A stretch of DNA of 64,000 nt from the NCBI GenBank assembly GCA_017525225.1, contig JAFXTB010000171.1, positions 19,205 to 83,204 of the forward strand. The letters are read 5' to 3'. The notes below the pieces were generated by a model. That model ran no database searches. It was not told the DNA's origin and worked only from the letters and a program-made list of their open reading frames with translations. Each line of letters begins with the position of its first letter. The stretch's first letter is position 1. A program made the translations under genes and the position numbers. Of this stretch, positions 27,897-37,043 are shown one piece after another. This stretch comes from Kiritimatiellia bacterium. GTDB taxonomy: Bacteria > Verrucomicrobiota > Kiritimatiellia > RFP12 > UBA1067.

Positions 27897-29246
27897 TCAA
27901 TCTTTGACGCTGACAAGCATCACGGCAGAATTCTCCGCAAGCTGGATGGTATATGTCCCATCTGGTCCTCGCGCCAACTCAACCGGACCATTCGCGCCAT
28001 ACGCCTCTGCGCGTCTCTCGTGCGGCACGCCGAAAGAGAGCGTGCGCACGGCGGGCGCACTGTCGTACGGATCGCCCGATGCCACCACGAAGAGAGCGCG
28101 CGAACCGTCACCCTGGCATCGTGGAGACATTTCACCTACGACAAGCGGAGTGCCTTCCTGTGCGCGCAATCCGAAGAAGAAGCCAGTGTCCAGCCTGTCC
28201 AGCAGCGGCATGCCTAGCGTTTCCAGTCCATTCGTGGCGGCAAATCCGACGTAATGCGTGGCGGTGCTTCTGTAGCGCATGTAGCGCGGGCCGAAGTTGC
28301 GCAGTTCCATGTTGACAGTCTTGAGCCTGTCGTACTGGGCCGTCTTTCCGCCGGACGCCGTCAGCACGTTGTTGGTCCACCAGCCGGGCGACCAGCACGC
28401 CCAGGTGACCACCTCCGCGCCAAACGCCATGGCGGTGTATGCCTGAAAGCGCAAGCGGTTCTCCGTTGTGGGCTCGAAGTCTTCGCCCTTGGGTGGAACC
28501 TGCGAGTTGACCTGCGGAATGTACCAGAAGCTTCGGCCCGTGCGACGGCAAGCCTCGGCTACGACGTTGAAGTTATCGTACATCTTTACGTAGAATTTCC
28601 TGCGCCGCGCGGGCCGCGTCTCGTACGGATAGAAATCGTAGGCGATGTAGTCGAGCGGCACCGTGCGGCAGTAGACATCGATGTGTTCCCTGTATGTTGC
28701 CGTACCGAGCTGGTTGCGGGTTTCCTTTTCTGTGTTTTTGGACACGGAAGCGTAGTTCGGATACAGGTTCAGGTACGGCGGCGACTTCGGCGCGCGTTTG
28801 GCCAGCAAGTCGCAAAGCTCGCCAAGGTACGGCAGATCGAGTGCGCTCGGCTCGTCAGCGAGATTGAGCATCCAGATAGCGGGATGGTCAAGCCCCTCCG
28901 CCAACGCCGCCAGATCGCGCTCGTAGTCGGCTCTCGGACGCTTCTCGCGCATCTTTCCCGCCTCGGATCCGTTTCCGCCCCACCAGAACTTGCCGACCCC
29001 GTCGCCGATTACGCCTATTCCGTACTTGGCAAAAAGATCCAGCGTCTTTCTGCTGCGAATGCCCACGCCGACGATGAAGTCCACGCCGCATTCCTTCACG
29101 TCGCGTATGTGCGCCTCGTCCTGCGCCACCCTGTTGAGGCAGTAGGCGCCTATCAGCAGCCTGGATCTATCCATCCGCGGTGCCTCAGCACCAGTCGTCA
29201 TGGCCATGCATGCGGTTGCAACAACCATGGAACACATTGTCTTCAT
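27897..29246 (-). CDS. Exported uncharacterised GH-A-like (TIM barrel) protein
   Basis: Start reassigned to MKTMCSMVV; HPAIWMLNLADEPSALD, PYLNLYPNYA, DYIAYDFYPY; paralog of the C-terminal domain of the GH127 fusion. Confidence 0.65.
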   Translation of the reverse strand: MKTMCSMVVATACMAMTTGAEAPRMDRSRLLIGAYCLNRVAQDEAHIRDVKECGVDFIVGVGIRSRKTLDLFAKYGIGVIGDGVGKFWWGGNGSEAGKMREKRPRADYERDLAALAEGLDHPAIWMLNLADEPSALDLPYLGELCDLLAKRAPKSPPYLNLYPNYASVSKNTEKETRNQLGTATYREHIDVYCRTVPLDYIAYDFYPYETRPARRRKFYVKMYDNFNVVAEACRRTGRSFWYIPQVNSQVPPKGEDFEPTTENRLRFQAYTAMAFGAEVVTWACWSPGWWTNNVLTASGGKTAQYDRLKTVNMELRNFGPRYMRYRSTATHYVGFAATNGLETLGMPLLDRLDTGFFFGLRAQEGTPLVVGEMSPRCQGDGSRALFVVASGDPYDSAPAVRTLSFGVPHERRAEAYGANGPVELARGPDGTYTIQLAENSAVMLVSVKD

Positions 29247-29275
29247 GAAACACCTGCTCTCGCCGCGATGACGTG

Positions 29276-32200
29276 CTACCTTAGGATTATCTGGAATCTC
29301 GGATAGGCCATGCGTACCTTCCTGCCGTTCAGGCAGATGACCCACGGCGGGGGAACGTCCGTGACCGTCGGGATCTGTCCGGAATAGTTCTCTGGCAGGA
29401 ACAGCAGCGTATAGCCGCGATCGGCCTTCTCCGCAAGTTCGCCGTTCAGAAGGTTGAACGAGCTTGGAAGCGTCATCGCGGACGTCACGGTGGTGGCGTT
29501 ACCAGCCTTCGCGGCGGCGATATCAAGAGCGCACTTGTTCGCGGGCAATGTCACGCTGCCAGCGTCGTTGACAACCGTGCCGCCCGCAAGCACCACCTGC
29601 TCCACGGCAGTGAGGTCGGGGATGTCCTGCGTAGTCAGGTCGAGCGTACCACCCTCCAGCCTTAGCGCGCGTGTGGAAGTCAACGCGGCGGCGTTCGACG
29701 AGACGAGCGTTCCGCCTGCCACGACGGTGGCGCCCGTGTAGCTGTTCGCGCAGTCGAGGACGAGCTTACCCGCGCCTTTCTTCGTGAGACCGCCGGAACC
29801 ATTCGCGGAAAGCGTGCAGGCTACGGTGAACGTATTCGTGTAGCCGCCCTTCGAGATCGTCGCCGTTGCGGACGTGTAGTTCTGTCCACGATTCAGCACG
29901 CGGAAACCCGTCACCTTGCCGGTCGTCGTATTGTAGATGGCAACGGCTGTCGCGCCGGTACCGGTGCCGGTTGGATCGGTGATCGTCACCGCCGGGGCCG
30001 CGATGTAGTCCCAGGCCTTGAGCGAAGCTATCGCGTTTGGAAGCGGAATGGATTCCACGCCGTTGCCCGTCGGCGCCTCCAGAGGCATGCCAACGGCGTT
30101 GTCGCGTCCGGCGGTGTCTATCGTCGCACCGCCGGAATGGATATAGACATGATCCGTCCCCGCCGTGAAGTTACGGAACAGCTTGCCCTTGCCGGTTGCG
30201 CTGGTATAATCTACCGACGTACGCAGAATGCCGTTGTTGAACGACACCAACGCCTTGTTGCCGGTCAAATCCGTCGAAACTTTGTTAAAGGTGGATTTCA
30301 ATATCTTGCTGAAACCGTTAGCTGCGATCGTTCCACCGTTGTTGATGTCGACCTCGCCGATGGAGTTGAACTGGCCGGCGAGCGCAATACCACTTGTCCA
30401 CTGGATCGAGTTCGTCGCCGAGGCGTTCTCTCCGTCCACGGCGAAAATGGCATGCGATCCCCCCGTCTTGTTTTCGCCATCCTGACGCGGGAAATACAGT
30501 ATCGAGGATGAAGTGAGCGTACCGCTGCCCGATACGCAAATCGTCGCCTGGGCGCCAGCCTGGCCGGCGCCTATGTCCTGTGTCGCGAACACGCCGCCCT
30601 TGATGTCTATGAACGACGTCACGCCTACCCTGCGCCCCATGCGGCAGTTGTTGTTGTTGTTGACGAACCTGCCGCCCTCTATGCTGGCATACATGTTATG
30701 GTAGCTACCGAAATACTGGTAACCGCCCGGCGTGATGAACGTCCCGCCATGCTGGAAGTACGATCCCTGCCAGTCCGAGTACTTAGCAGGGAGAGAGGGG
30801 TCTAAGAGATGCGACGATATCCTGTTGACGGTATCGCCGCCATCGATCCTGTTGGTCACGACCGCGCCTTCGTACAGTTCGATGATCCCTCTTCGCGTGT
30901 TGGACGAGTCGAGATAGTTGCGGGCGGCATACAGACCCGCATAGTTGCTCACGGCAACACCGTTCGTCTTGCTCTCATTCACGTAAGTACCCTTCACCAC
31001 GAAGCGCGCCACTTCAGGATAGTCGGCCGCGACGAACACGCAGTTGGAGCCTTCCGCCTCGGCATACGTTCCGGCGGGAACCGTCACCGTGCCGCCGCGA
31101 ACATCGATCCAGCCAACGCTCATCTTCTCGCCGGGCTGGCCCGCAAGGATCAGTTCGCCGCCTTCGTTGATGTAGTTCTGCCGTCCGTCCCCGGAAGATG
31201 CGATCGTGAGCGCATTCGTGCCACCGTGGTAGATCATAAGAGGCTCGTCGAGTGTGCGCGAAAATGTCCTGTCGGCCCCAAGCTCGTAGTTGAACGCAAA
31301 GAACTTGGTGCCTATCACGGTCGGCCACACGAGATTGTCGCTTACGCCCTTCCACATCGCATAAAGGGCATTGTCGGTGAGGTTCGTCGACGAGAGGTCG
31401 ATGTTGAGGACGCTATTCGTTCCACCCGTCACCCTGCCGTCAAGGACGCCGTATAACGGACCTGCGGCGTTGACCGTCACGCCTTTGTTGATCGTCAGCG
31501 CACCGGTGGTCGTGTTGGTGGTACAATTAAGGTTGAGTGTCGCGGGATAGTTGGCTCCGCTGGTGGCAATGATATCGGCGCCGCCGGAAATGACGTTCGG
31601 GACATCAAACGAGCAGAAGATCCCCAGGTTGTTTGCCTCTCGCAGGTCGAAAGTCAGCGTCCCGCTCGCCGGGGTGGTGAGAGTACCCCAAATGCCGTAG
31701 CTGCCAGTCCACCCCTTGCTACTTGCTTGCGAAGTTGCAGACGAGCATATCGTGGCATCGCCTTCGCAGACAACGTCCCATTCACACTTTTTAGCAGTCT
31801 GTATGCGCTGAGGACCCTCCTGAATCTTCGCGTTTGGCCCAAGGCGGATGACCGCCTTGTCGCCCTTCCAGACATAGCCGGAAGGCGCCCTGTTCATGTT
31901 GCCAGGCGTACTGTTCTCGAGATGCACCTTGCAGCTGCCGGTTGCATATATCTCACCCGGACCGTATATCGTATCTCCGCACAGTTCAAGCGTTCCGCCA
32001 TCTGCGGTCAGCTTATGGCCGTTGAAATACATGGCTTGTGTCGCACGCGGTCCCACCGTGGGCGAACACTTGAAAAGCGTATCGGCCGTGAGATGTACGG
32101 TACAGCCGTACATGATCTGGTTCTGGCTGTTTCCGATAGCACAGAGGGCGCCAGCACCCCCTACGCCCGTGCCGCCGATGTAGATGTTGTGCTGCCGGAG

Positions 32201-32602
32201 CAACGACCTGTTGGCGGCAACGCCACTTCCACCCAGTTCTATTGTCGCACCCGGTTCAAGGCGTAGCGTACGCGTACGAGTATTGTCATTGGTGCCGTCC
32301 GCCCATGACGTCATGAGGCGCACGTAGCCGTTGGATATGCCGAAATCCCCTTTCCAGTGCGACAGATCCCTGTTCATGACCAGGCGTCCGCCGCCTTTCT
32401 TTATGAGGGCATTCGACGTAGCGAGCGCATTCGCGTCGGCAGCGGTTATCGTATAGTCGCCTTCATTGTCCTCGACGGTTATCGTCACCTGCCCGGCGAC
32501 CGAGGTATCGACCATCGCCGCAAGAGAATGTAAAGTGAAAGATGTAGAATGTAAAATGGCGAGCACGGCGAGCAATGGATACGTTTTCACGAATTTCATC
32601 AT
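29276..32602 (-). CDS. Large secreted autotransporter-associated beta-strand repeat protein, no beta-barrel
   Basis: Start MMKFVKTYPLL; LIKKGGGRLVM, GGATIDTAG, GGLTKKGAGKLVLDCANSYTGATVVAGGTL; ends ...MAYPRFQIILR. Confidence 0.85.
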   Translation of the reverse strand: MMKFVKTYPLLAVLAILHSTSFTLHSLAAMVDTSVAGQVTITVEDNEGDYTITAADANALATSNALIKKGGGRLVMNRDLSHWKGDFGISNGYVRLMTSWADGTNDNTRTRTLRLEPGATIELGGSGVAANRSLLRQHNIYIGGTGVGGAGALCAIGNSQNQIMYGCTVHLTADTLFKCSPTVGPRATQAMYFNGHKLTADGGTLELCGDTIYGPGEIYATGSCKVHLENSTPGNMNRAPSGYVWKGDKAVIRLGPNAKIQEGPQRIQTAKKCEWDVVCEGDATICSSATSQASSKGWTGSYGIWGTLTTPASGTLTFDLREANNLGIFCSFDVPNVISGGADIIATSGANYPATLNLNCTTNTTTGALTINKGVTVNAAGPLYGVLDGRVTGGTNSVLNIDLSSTNLTDNALYAMWKGVSDNLVWPTVIGTKFFAFNYELGADRTFSRTLDEPLMIYHGGTNALTIASSGDGRQNYINEGGELILAGQPGEKMSVGWIDVRGGTVTVPAGTYAEAEGSNCVFVAADYPEVARFVVKGTYVNESKTNGVAVSNYAGLYAARNYLDSSNTRRGIIELYEGAVVTNRIDGGDTVNRISSHLLDPSLPAKYSDWQGSYFQHGGTFITPGGYQYFGSYHNMYASIEGGRFVNNNNNCRMGRRVGVTSFIDIKGGVFATQDIGAGQAGAQATICVSGSGTLTSSSILYFPRQDGENKTGGSHAIFAVDGENASATNSIQWTSGIALAGQFNSIGEVDINNGGTIAANGFSKILKSTFNKVSTDLTGNKALVSFNNGILRTSVDYTSATGKGKLFRNFTAGTDHVYIHSGGATIDTAGRDNAVGMPLEAPTGNGVESIPLPNAIASLKAWDYIAAPAVTITDPTGTGTGATAVAIYNTTTGKVTGFRVLNRGQNYTSATATISKGGYTNTFTVACTLSANGSGGLTKKGAGKLVLDCANSYTGATVVAGGTLVSSNAAALTSTRALRLEGGTLDLTTQDIPDLTAVEQVVLAGGTVVNDAGSVTLPANKCALDIAAAKAGNATTVTSAMTLPSSFNLLNGELAEKADRGYTLLFLPENYSGQIPTVTDVPPPWVICLNGRKVRMAYPRFQIILR

Positions 32603-32757
32603 GACACTCCTTTGGATTGAACCGTTGGTAGAGGACAACGCGTTATATTATGCCAGATTCTCGTCCCTGTCGCAAGCGGAAATCAGACGAACCTGTTTTA
32701 TCACAGCCGCCACATTTCGTCCCCCGCATCCTTGGCGCATCAAGCGGAAACGGTAGG

Positions 32758-32889
32758 TCACTTGATCTCGATGACCGTCGGCGGGGCGAAGTAGCGGATC
32801 TCAAGGGTGGGCGAACAGCCGACGAAGACGCTGTTGGACGATATCGCGTCCTGGAGATGGACGGGAACGAACGCGATCCGCAGGCCCGG
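32758..32889 (-). pseudogene. 3' remnant of a secreted-protein gene, truncated at the intergenic repeat
   Basis: Hand translation: PGLRIAFVPVHLQDAISSNSVFVGCSPTLEIRYFAPPTVIEIK*. Gene-like GC3-rich codons; no start; upstream the frame runs into repeat copy A and meets TGA within about 12 codons. Confidence 0.6.
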
Positions 32890-32989
32890 GCGAATAGCGG
32901 CGGAACGGTGACTCCCCTCGCATCAGAAACGGTTTCCGCTCAACGCGAAAGTCCGAACCAGCATGTCTCGCCAGCGATGAGCTCCAGCG
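32887..32989. repeat. Intergenic dispersed repeat, copy A
   Basis: CGGGCGAATA...ATCAGAAACGGTTTCCGCTCAACGCGAAAGTCCGAACCAGCATGTCTCGCC...ATGAGCTCCAGCG; 51 bp (32922-32972) identical to 35170-35220. Confidence 0.92.
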
Positions 32990-33032
32990 GTAATGAATTT
33001 CAGGAGTCCGGCGGCAAAAGCGCCTCCAGGCA

Positions 33033-34445
33033 TCAACTGTCCAGCGCCTGGCTGCAATCCAACTTGAACTCGGCAAGGTTGGCATCAAGGTTGAACTTGC
33101 CGTTCGCGAACGGCTTCATGAGCGCATCGTACTCCACCTTGCCGGTCGTTTCGCGCTTTACGTCCCAGTTCAGCGAAAAGCCCTCCTTCCTGCCGCGCCC
33201 GAGCTCCATGCACATCATGCCGAGCGAGGAAAGCGCCGTGGAAAGATGCCCTTCCTCCGCGTTGGTGGCGGTTTGCGCCGGATCGTTCGCCACAATCGCC
33301 TCCAGCCAGTCGTCGACATGCAGCTGCAGGCAGCTCTTCTCCATCTTCCACATCTTCGGCATCAGCTCCGGACGTGAGGCCTCCAACGGCCCCATCTCGC
33401 CCGGCTTGACGACGGGATCTGGATCGGTGGGCGTCACCTTGAACGCACCTCTCGTGCAGAAGATCCAATCACCTTTCTCCCCGATGAATTTCACGCCAAG
33501 CTGGAATTTGTCGGACACATGCACGTCCGTCTTGCCGCCGTTGAACGCAAAGTGGAGGTCGTAGGTGTCATGGACGTTCCAGAGCTTCCCGCCGCTCGTG
33601 TCGAGCCACGTGCACGTACCGGACACCGATTCCGGACCCGCCGCGCCCAGTCCCCATCGCGCGATGTCCAGATGGTGCGCGCCCCAGTTCGTGATCATGC
33701 CCCAGCCGTAGGGCATCAGCTCTATCCAGCCGGGACGGGCGCGCTGGTTCGTCTGGGAATGGCAGCGCGATTCGCAATAGGGCGCAGACGGATCCGTCGG
33801 CCCTAGCCAGGTCTGGTAGTCGAAGGTGGACGGAACCTTCTGCGGTGTACTCGATCCACCCGCAGGGTCTGTCCCCAAACCGACCTCCACGCGCCTGATG
33901 TCACCCAGAACGCCAGCCCTCACGGCCTTGACGGCGGCCTGGAACTGGCTCCAATTGCGCTGTTGGGAACCGACCTGGAAAACGGTGTTGTACCGCTTGG
34001 CCAGATTGGCGAGAAGCCGGCCTTCCCTTATCGTCTGCGCAAACGGCTTCTGCAGCCATACGGCCTTGCGCGAGCAGATCGCGGTCGTCGCCACGAGCGC
34101 ATGCCAGGAGTCCGGCAGGCAGATCATCACCGCATCGACATCTGTCTGCGCACAGACCTCCTTGTAGTCCCGATAGATGCGAATTTTCGTGCCGTCGGCA
34201 TATTCCCGCTCGACGCGCGATGCCGTCAGCTTCGCCCGTTTCATGTCAAGGTCGCAGACCGCAACGATGCGGGCGATGTCCTTTCTCGCCAAAACACCTG
34301 GCACCTCGAACTCGGTTGATATCCGTCCACACCCGATGATCGCCACGTTAATTTTGGAATTACCGCGGAACGTACGGCATCCGCCGAACAGGAACGGCAT
34401 GCCAGCCGCCATGGCCGCCGTCTTGATAAATTCACGTCTTTGCAT
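33033..34445 (-). CDS. Tat-exported Gfo/Idh/MocA family oxidoreductase
   Basis: MQRREFIK; INVAIIGCGRI, DAVMICLPDSWH, WLQKP, QVGSQQR, GMITNWGAHHLDIARW. Confidence 0.92.
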   Translation of the reverse strand: MQRREFIKTAAMAAGMPFLFGGCRTFRGNSKINVAIIGCGRISTEFEVPGVLARKDIARIVAVCDLDMKRAKLTASRVEREYADGTKIRIYRDYKEVCAQTDVDAVMICLPDSWHALVATTAICSRKAVWLQKPFAQTIREGRLLANLAKRYNTVFQVGSQQRNWSQFQAAVKAVRAGVLGDIRRVEVGLGTDPAGGSSTPQKVPSTFDYQTWLGPTDPSAPYCESRCHSQTNQRARPGWIELMPYGWGMITNWGAHHLDIARWGLGAAGPESVSGTCTWLDTSGGKLWNVHDTYDLHFAFNGGKTDVHVSDKFQLGVKFIGEKGDWIFCTRGAFKVTPTDPDPVVKPGEMGPLEASRPELMPKMWKMEKSCLQLHVDDWLEAIVANDPAQTATNAEEGHLSTALSSLGMMCMELGRGRKEGFSLNWDVKRETTGKVEYDALMKPFANGKFNLDANLAEFKLDCSQALDS

Positions 34446-34475
34446 TGTTGGTTTCCTTGTGATTTCAAATTGGTT

Positions 34476-34550
34476 TAGGACTTAGGACGTCAGACGTCAG
34501 GACTGAGGATGTCGGACATGAAGAGGTTGGAAGTCTTAAGTCCGAAGTCC
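34476..34550. repeat. Degenerate heptamer-repeat tract with inverted symmetry
   Basis: TAGGACTTAGGACGTCAGACGTCAGGACTGAGGATGTCGGAC...GGAAGTCTTAAGTCCGAAGTCC; roughly 7-nt periodicity; ends are imperfect reverse complements. Confidence 0.55.
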
Positions 34551-34965
34551 TTCGTAGAACTTTTCGTATCTCGGCATCGGTTCGAGGATGCCGCCGGATT
34601 TGGCGTAGTAGTCGGCGTCGCACTCGAAGACGCCCTTCTCCGTGCGCGTCCAGTGCGCGTCGGGATAGGCGAGATCCTTGCGCATCGTCTCCCAGTTGCG
34701 GAAGTTCATGTGGCCGTTCGTTTCGACGAGCCCGAGATCGCCGATGCCCGGATGTCACGCGCACATAGGCGGAGACGATCCACTCTTCCGTCATGTATCC
34801 ACCCTTGAAGCCGAACGGACGCACCATCGGCTCGCGCTCGAAGCCACAGCTGGTCTTCGCTATGGTGATAGGTCTGGCGGCGGTCTGTGGGCTGGCGGCC
34901 GCAAACGACATCCTCGGCGCGGCGGCGGCGGCAAGCCCTGTCACGACAAAATCCCTTCTGGTCAT
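34536..34965 (-). pseudogene. Tat-exported enolase-superfamily (L-Ala-D/L-Glu epimerase-like) gene with large internal deletion and frameshift
   Basis: N-part MTRRDFV...FEREPMVRPFGFKGGYMTE; C-part in another frame (hand translated) PGIGDLGLVETNGHMNFRNWETM...YYAKSGGILEPMPRYEKFYEGLRT*; junction near 34750; total 430 nt, not a multiple of 3. Confidence 0.75.
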
Positions 34966-35039
34966 TTATGCAGTTCCTTTCTGGTTTGGGCGCATGGCCA
35001 CATGCGGACGCCCCAGATGTGGCAATTCACCGAGGCAAG

Positions 35040-35090
35040 ATTATATAGCACAGAAGGCTGTCGAGCAATATACCCAAATGGCACCATTGC
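35040..35090 (-). promoter_or_regulatory. Sigma70-like promoter with adjoining 26-bp operator-like box (copy 1)
   Basis: Minus-strand TATAAT (35040-35045) and TTGCTC (35063-35068), 17-bp spacing; GCAATATACCCAAATGGCACCATTGC at 35065-35090 is identical to 42350-42375. Confidence 0.75.
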
Positions 35091-35098
35091 GGACATTC

Positions 35099-35237
35099 TA
35101 CGTCACGAAATATGTAAATGTCAGATTTCGTGACGGGCGAATAGCAGCGGAATGGAAATGATGCCCAGTATCAGAAACGGTTTCCGCTCAACGCGAAAGT
35201 CCGAACCAGCATGTCTCGCCCGCTATGAGCTCCAGCG
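35099..35237. repeat. Intergenic dispersed repeat, copy B, including an 11-bp inverted repeat
   Basis: CGTCACGAAAT-N13-ATTTCGTGACG (35101-35135) followed by the core shared with copies A and C. Confidence 0.92.
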
Positions 35238-35349
35238 AAAGGATTCCGTCTGCTGTCGGCTCCAGTTTCCCGGTCTTGAGATTCACTATAGTGGCGGAAT
35301 ACGGCAAACGGAACTCGTATCGGCCAGGTGCCAGGCAATGAAAGTGTTT

Positions 35350-36792
35350 CTATATGCCAAGCAACTTTCGCGCGGGAATCAAGGCGGCGAAATATCCGTC
35401 CGCCTCGACTCTTGGACTGATCTCGCCGTCATAGACCAGCACGGGGCGCTTGCTGACATTCTTCCTGACGTGCAGCAGCTTCATCTTCTCCTCCACATCC
35501 TTCTCGACACCGCCATCGATGTCCTTCCTTTTCACTTCCACGACATACGCCGTACGCGGAGTCTGGACCAACAGGTCGATTTGGCAAACCCGACGTCGAC
35601 CAGATCGGTCTTTGCGCACGCTTCGGAAAGGTGCGGCAGATTCGATCGTAGTTCCGCCGATACCGAGATGCGGGTACAGCTCCACGGCATTGTTCACAAT
35701 GAGATTCTCGAACGCGAGCCCCATGACCGCGCTCCATTCCGGGAGCGCCGACAGCGTTGTGAAGCGATACGCCCCGCGCTTGATCTGAGCCTTTCGCGGC
35801 TCGATGAATTTGAGATAGAACCTCGAGTAATTGTCGCGCAGCCGATATCTGGACACACGGGACTCCTCGCCTGTTTTAGGGTTGATGCCCGGATCCGAAT
35901 CGACAAAGCCGCCTTCGGACAGTTCACGAAGCATCTCGGCGATGCGCCCGTTACGGTCTTCGCCCATCTTCTCGGCAATCTCGGCACCGCTCATTGCTCC
36001 ATTCGCCAATAACGACAGAATACGCCGCTGTTTCATGACCCGTTCGCCGAAAATCGGGTTGAAGATGGCGTCGAAATCATTATAGAGTTCCCCCTCTTTT
36101 CTGAAACACAGTCGCCGGATGTTTTCCTCGGATGTCAGCCCAGGATCAACTTCCTCAAGATACCGCGGCACACCTCCAGTCACCGAGAGGACGTCGAATA
36201 TCTCGCGCGGAACAAGATTGTCGACATGAGGTCGCCAGAATTCCGCGCATTCCGCCAGCGACAGCTCCGTCAGCACATAATCCCGCGAAAAACGTCCCGT
36301 GAACCCGGTGCTGCCAAGGATGTTCTCCTTTATCCACGCCGAAACAGAGCCGCATATCACAAAGATCAACCTGTCGTGACGGTGAAACAACGATTCCCAG
36401 GCATTGCGAAGGATGCCGGAAAAGTTTGAATCCCCGCTGCCCATCCAGGATATCTCGTCCAGCATGACAACCGTCTTTCTTTCATCGTCAATCGCCCGGT
36501 CCAGCCAGAAGAAGGCGTCGTTCCAACTCAGCATGTTCTGCACCGGCGAATTCGTAAGCCGGGCGAGACGCGCCGCGAACTCACGCAGCTGGTCTTCGTT
36601 CGTCACGGGTTTTTCGGGATTCGGCGGCAACCCCTCGAATTCGTAATACACATCCGCAGTTCTGCGGGCAAATTCCCGGAAAAGCGTCGACTTGCCGATG
36701 CGCCGTCTGCCGCGGCACGCTACCAGCGATGATGTTCGCTTGCGCCAAAGCGATTCCAAGTCACTTAACTGATCTTCTCTGCCTATAAACAT
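35350..36792 (-). CDS. AAA/archaeal-type ATPase with winged helix and C-terminal PD-(D/E)XK-like domain
   Basis: MFIGRE, Walker A GRRRIGKSTL, Walker B VMLDEISW, ICGS, TGGVPRYL, wHTH SGAEIAEKMG, GLAFEN, QIDLLV...YVVEVK. Confidence 0.9.
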   Translation of the reverse strand: MFIGREDQLSDLESLWRKRTSSLVACRGRRRIGKSTLFREFARRTADVYYEFEGLPPNPEKPVTNEDQLREFAARLARLTNSPVQNMLSWNDAFFWLDRAIDDERKTVVMLDEISWMGSGDSNFSGILRNAWESLFHRHDRLIFVICGSVSAWIKENILGSTGFTGRFSRDYVLTELSLAECAEFWRPHVDNLVPREIFDVLSVTGGVPRYLEEVDPGLTSEENIRRLCFRKEGELYNDFDAIFNPIFGERVMKQRRILSLLANGAMSGAEIAEKMGEDRNGRIAEMLRELSEGGFVDSDPGINPKTGEESRVSRYRLRDNYSRFYLKFIEPRKAQIKRGAYRFTTLSALPEWSAVMGLAFENLIVNNAVELYPHLGIGGTTIESAAPFRSVRKDRSGRRRVCQIDLLVQTPRTAYVVEVKRKDIDGGVEKDVEEKMKLLHVRKNVSKRPVLVYDGEISPRVEADGYFAALIPARKLLGI

Positions 36793-36860
36793 AACTTCCC
36801 CTTCTCAGCAAGAACAATAAGTATTATTGCATATTCCCCGTCGGAAAACAACCATAAACT

Positions 36861-36893
36861 GTCACCGAATTACAAAAAGTAAAATTCCGTGAC
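36861..36893. promoter_or_regulatory. Second inverted repeat upstream of the ATPase gene (putative operator)
   Basis: GTCACCGAATT-N11-AATTCCGTGAC (one mismatch); related to the IR at 36914-36948, which starts about 54 bp further on. Confidence 0.6.
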
Positions 36894-36911
36894 GGACGCC
36901 ACTGTCGATTT

Positions 36912-37039
36912 TACGTCACGAAATATGTAAATGTCAAATTTCGTGACGGGCGAATAACGGCGGAACGGCGACTTCCCTCGCATCAGAAACGGCACCTGGT
37001 CAACGCGAAAGTCCAAACCAGCATGTCTCGCCCGCTATG
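36912..37039. repeat. Intergenic dispersed repeat, copy C, including an 11-bp inverted repeat
   Basis: TACGTCACGAAATATGTAAATGTCAAATTTCGTGACGGGCGAATA...CATCAGAAACGG...TCAACGCGAAAGTCCAAACCAGCATGTCTCGCCCGCTATG; direct repeat of copy B, 1813 bp away. Confidence 0.92.
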
Positions 37040-37043
37040 CGAA

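Noticed and set aside
29276-32602. Apparent enrichment of TN/SN dipeptides as a modification sequon
   Set aside because: About 15 occurrences counted by eye in ~1100 aa, roughly what the high Thr/Ser/Asn content would give; needs a proper proteome-wide test.
34465-34965. 166-aa ORF as an intact protein
   Set aside because: Its second half is an out-of-frame read-through of the deleted gene into heptamer repeats.
32887-37039. Dispersed repeats as a CRISPR array or integron attC sites
   Set aside because: Copies are over 100 bp and kilobases apart, no RYYYAAC/GTTRRRY ends were seen, and no cas or integrase gene is present.
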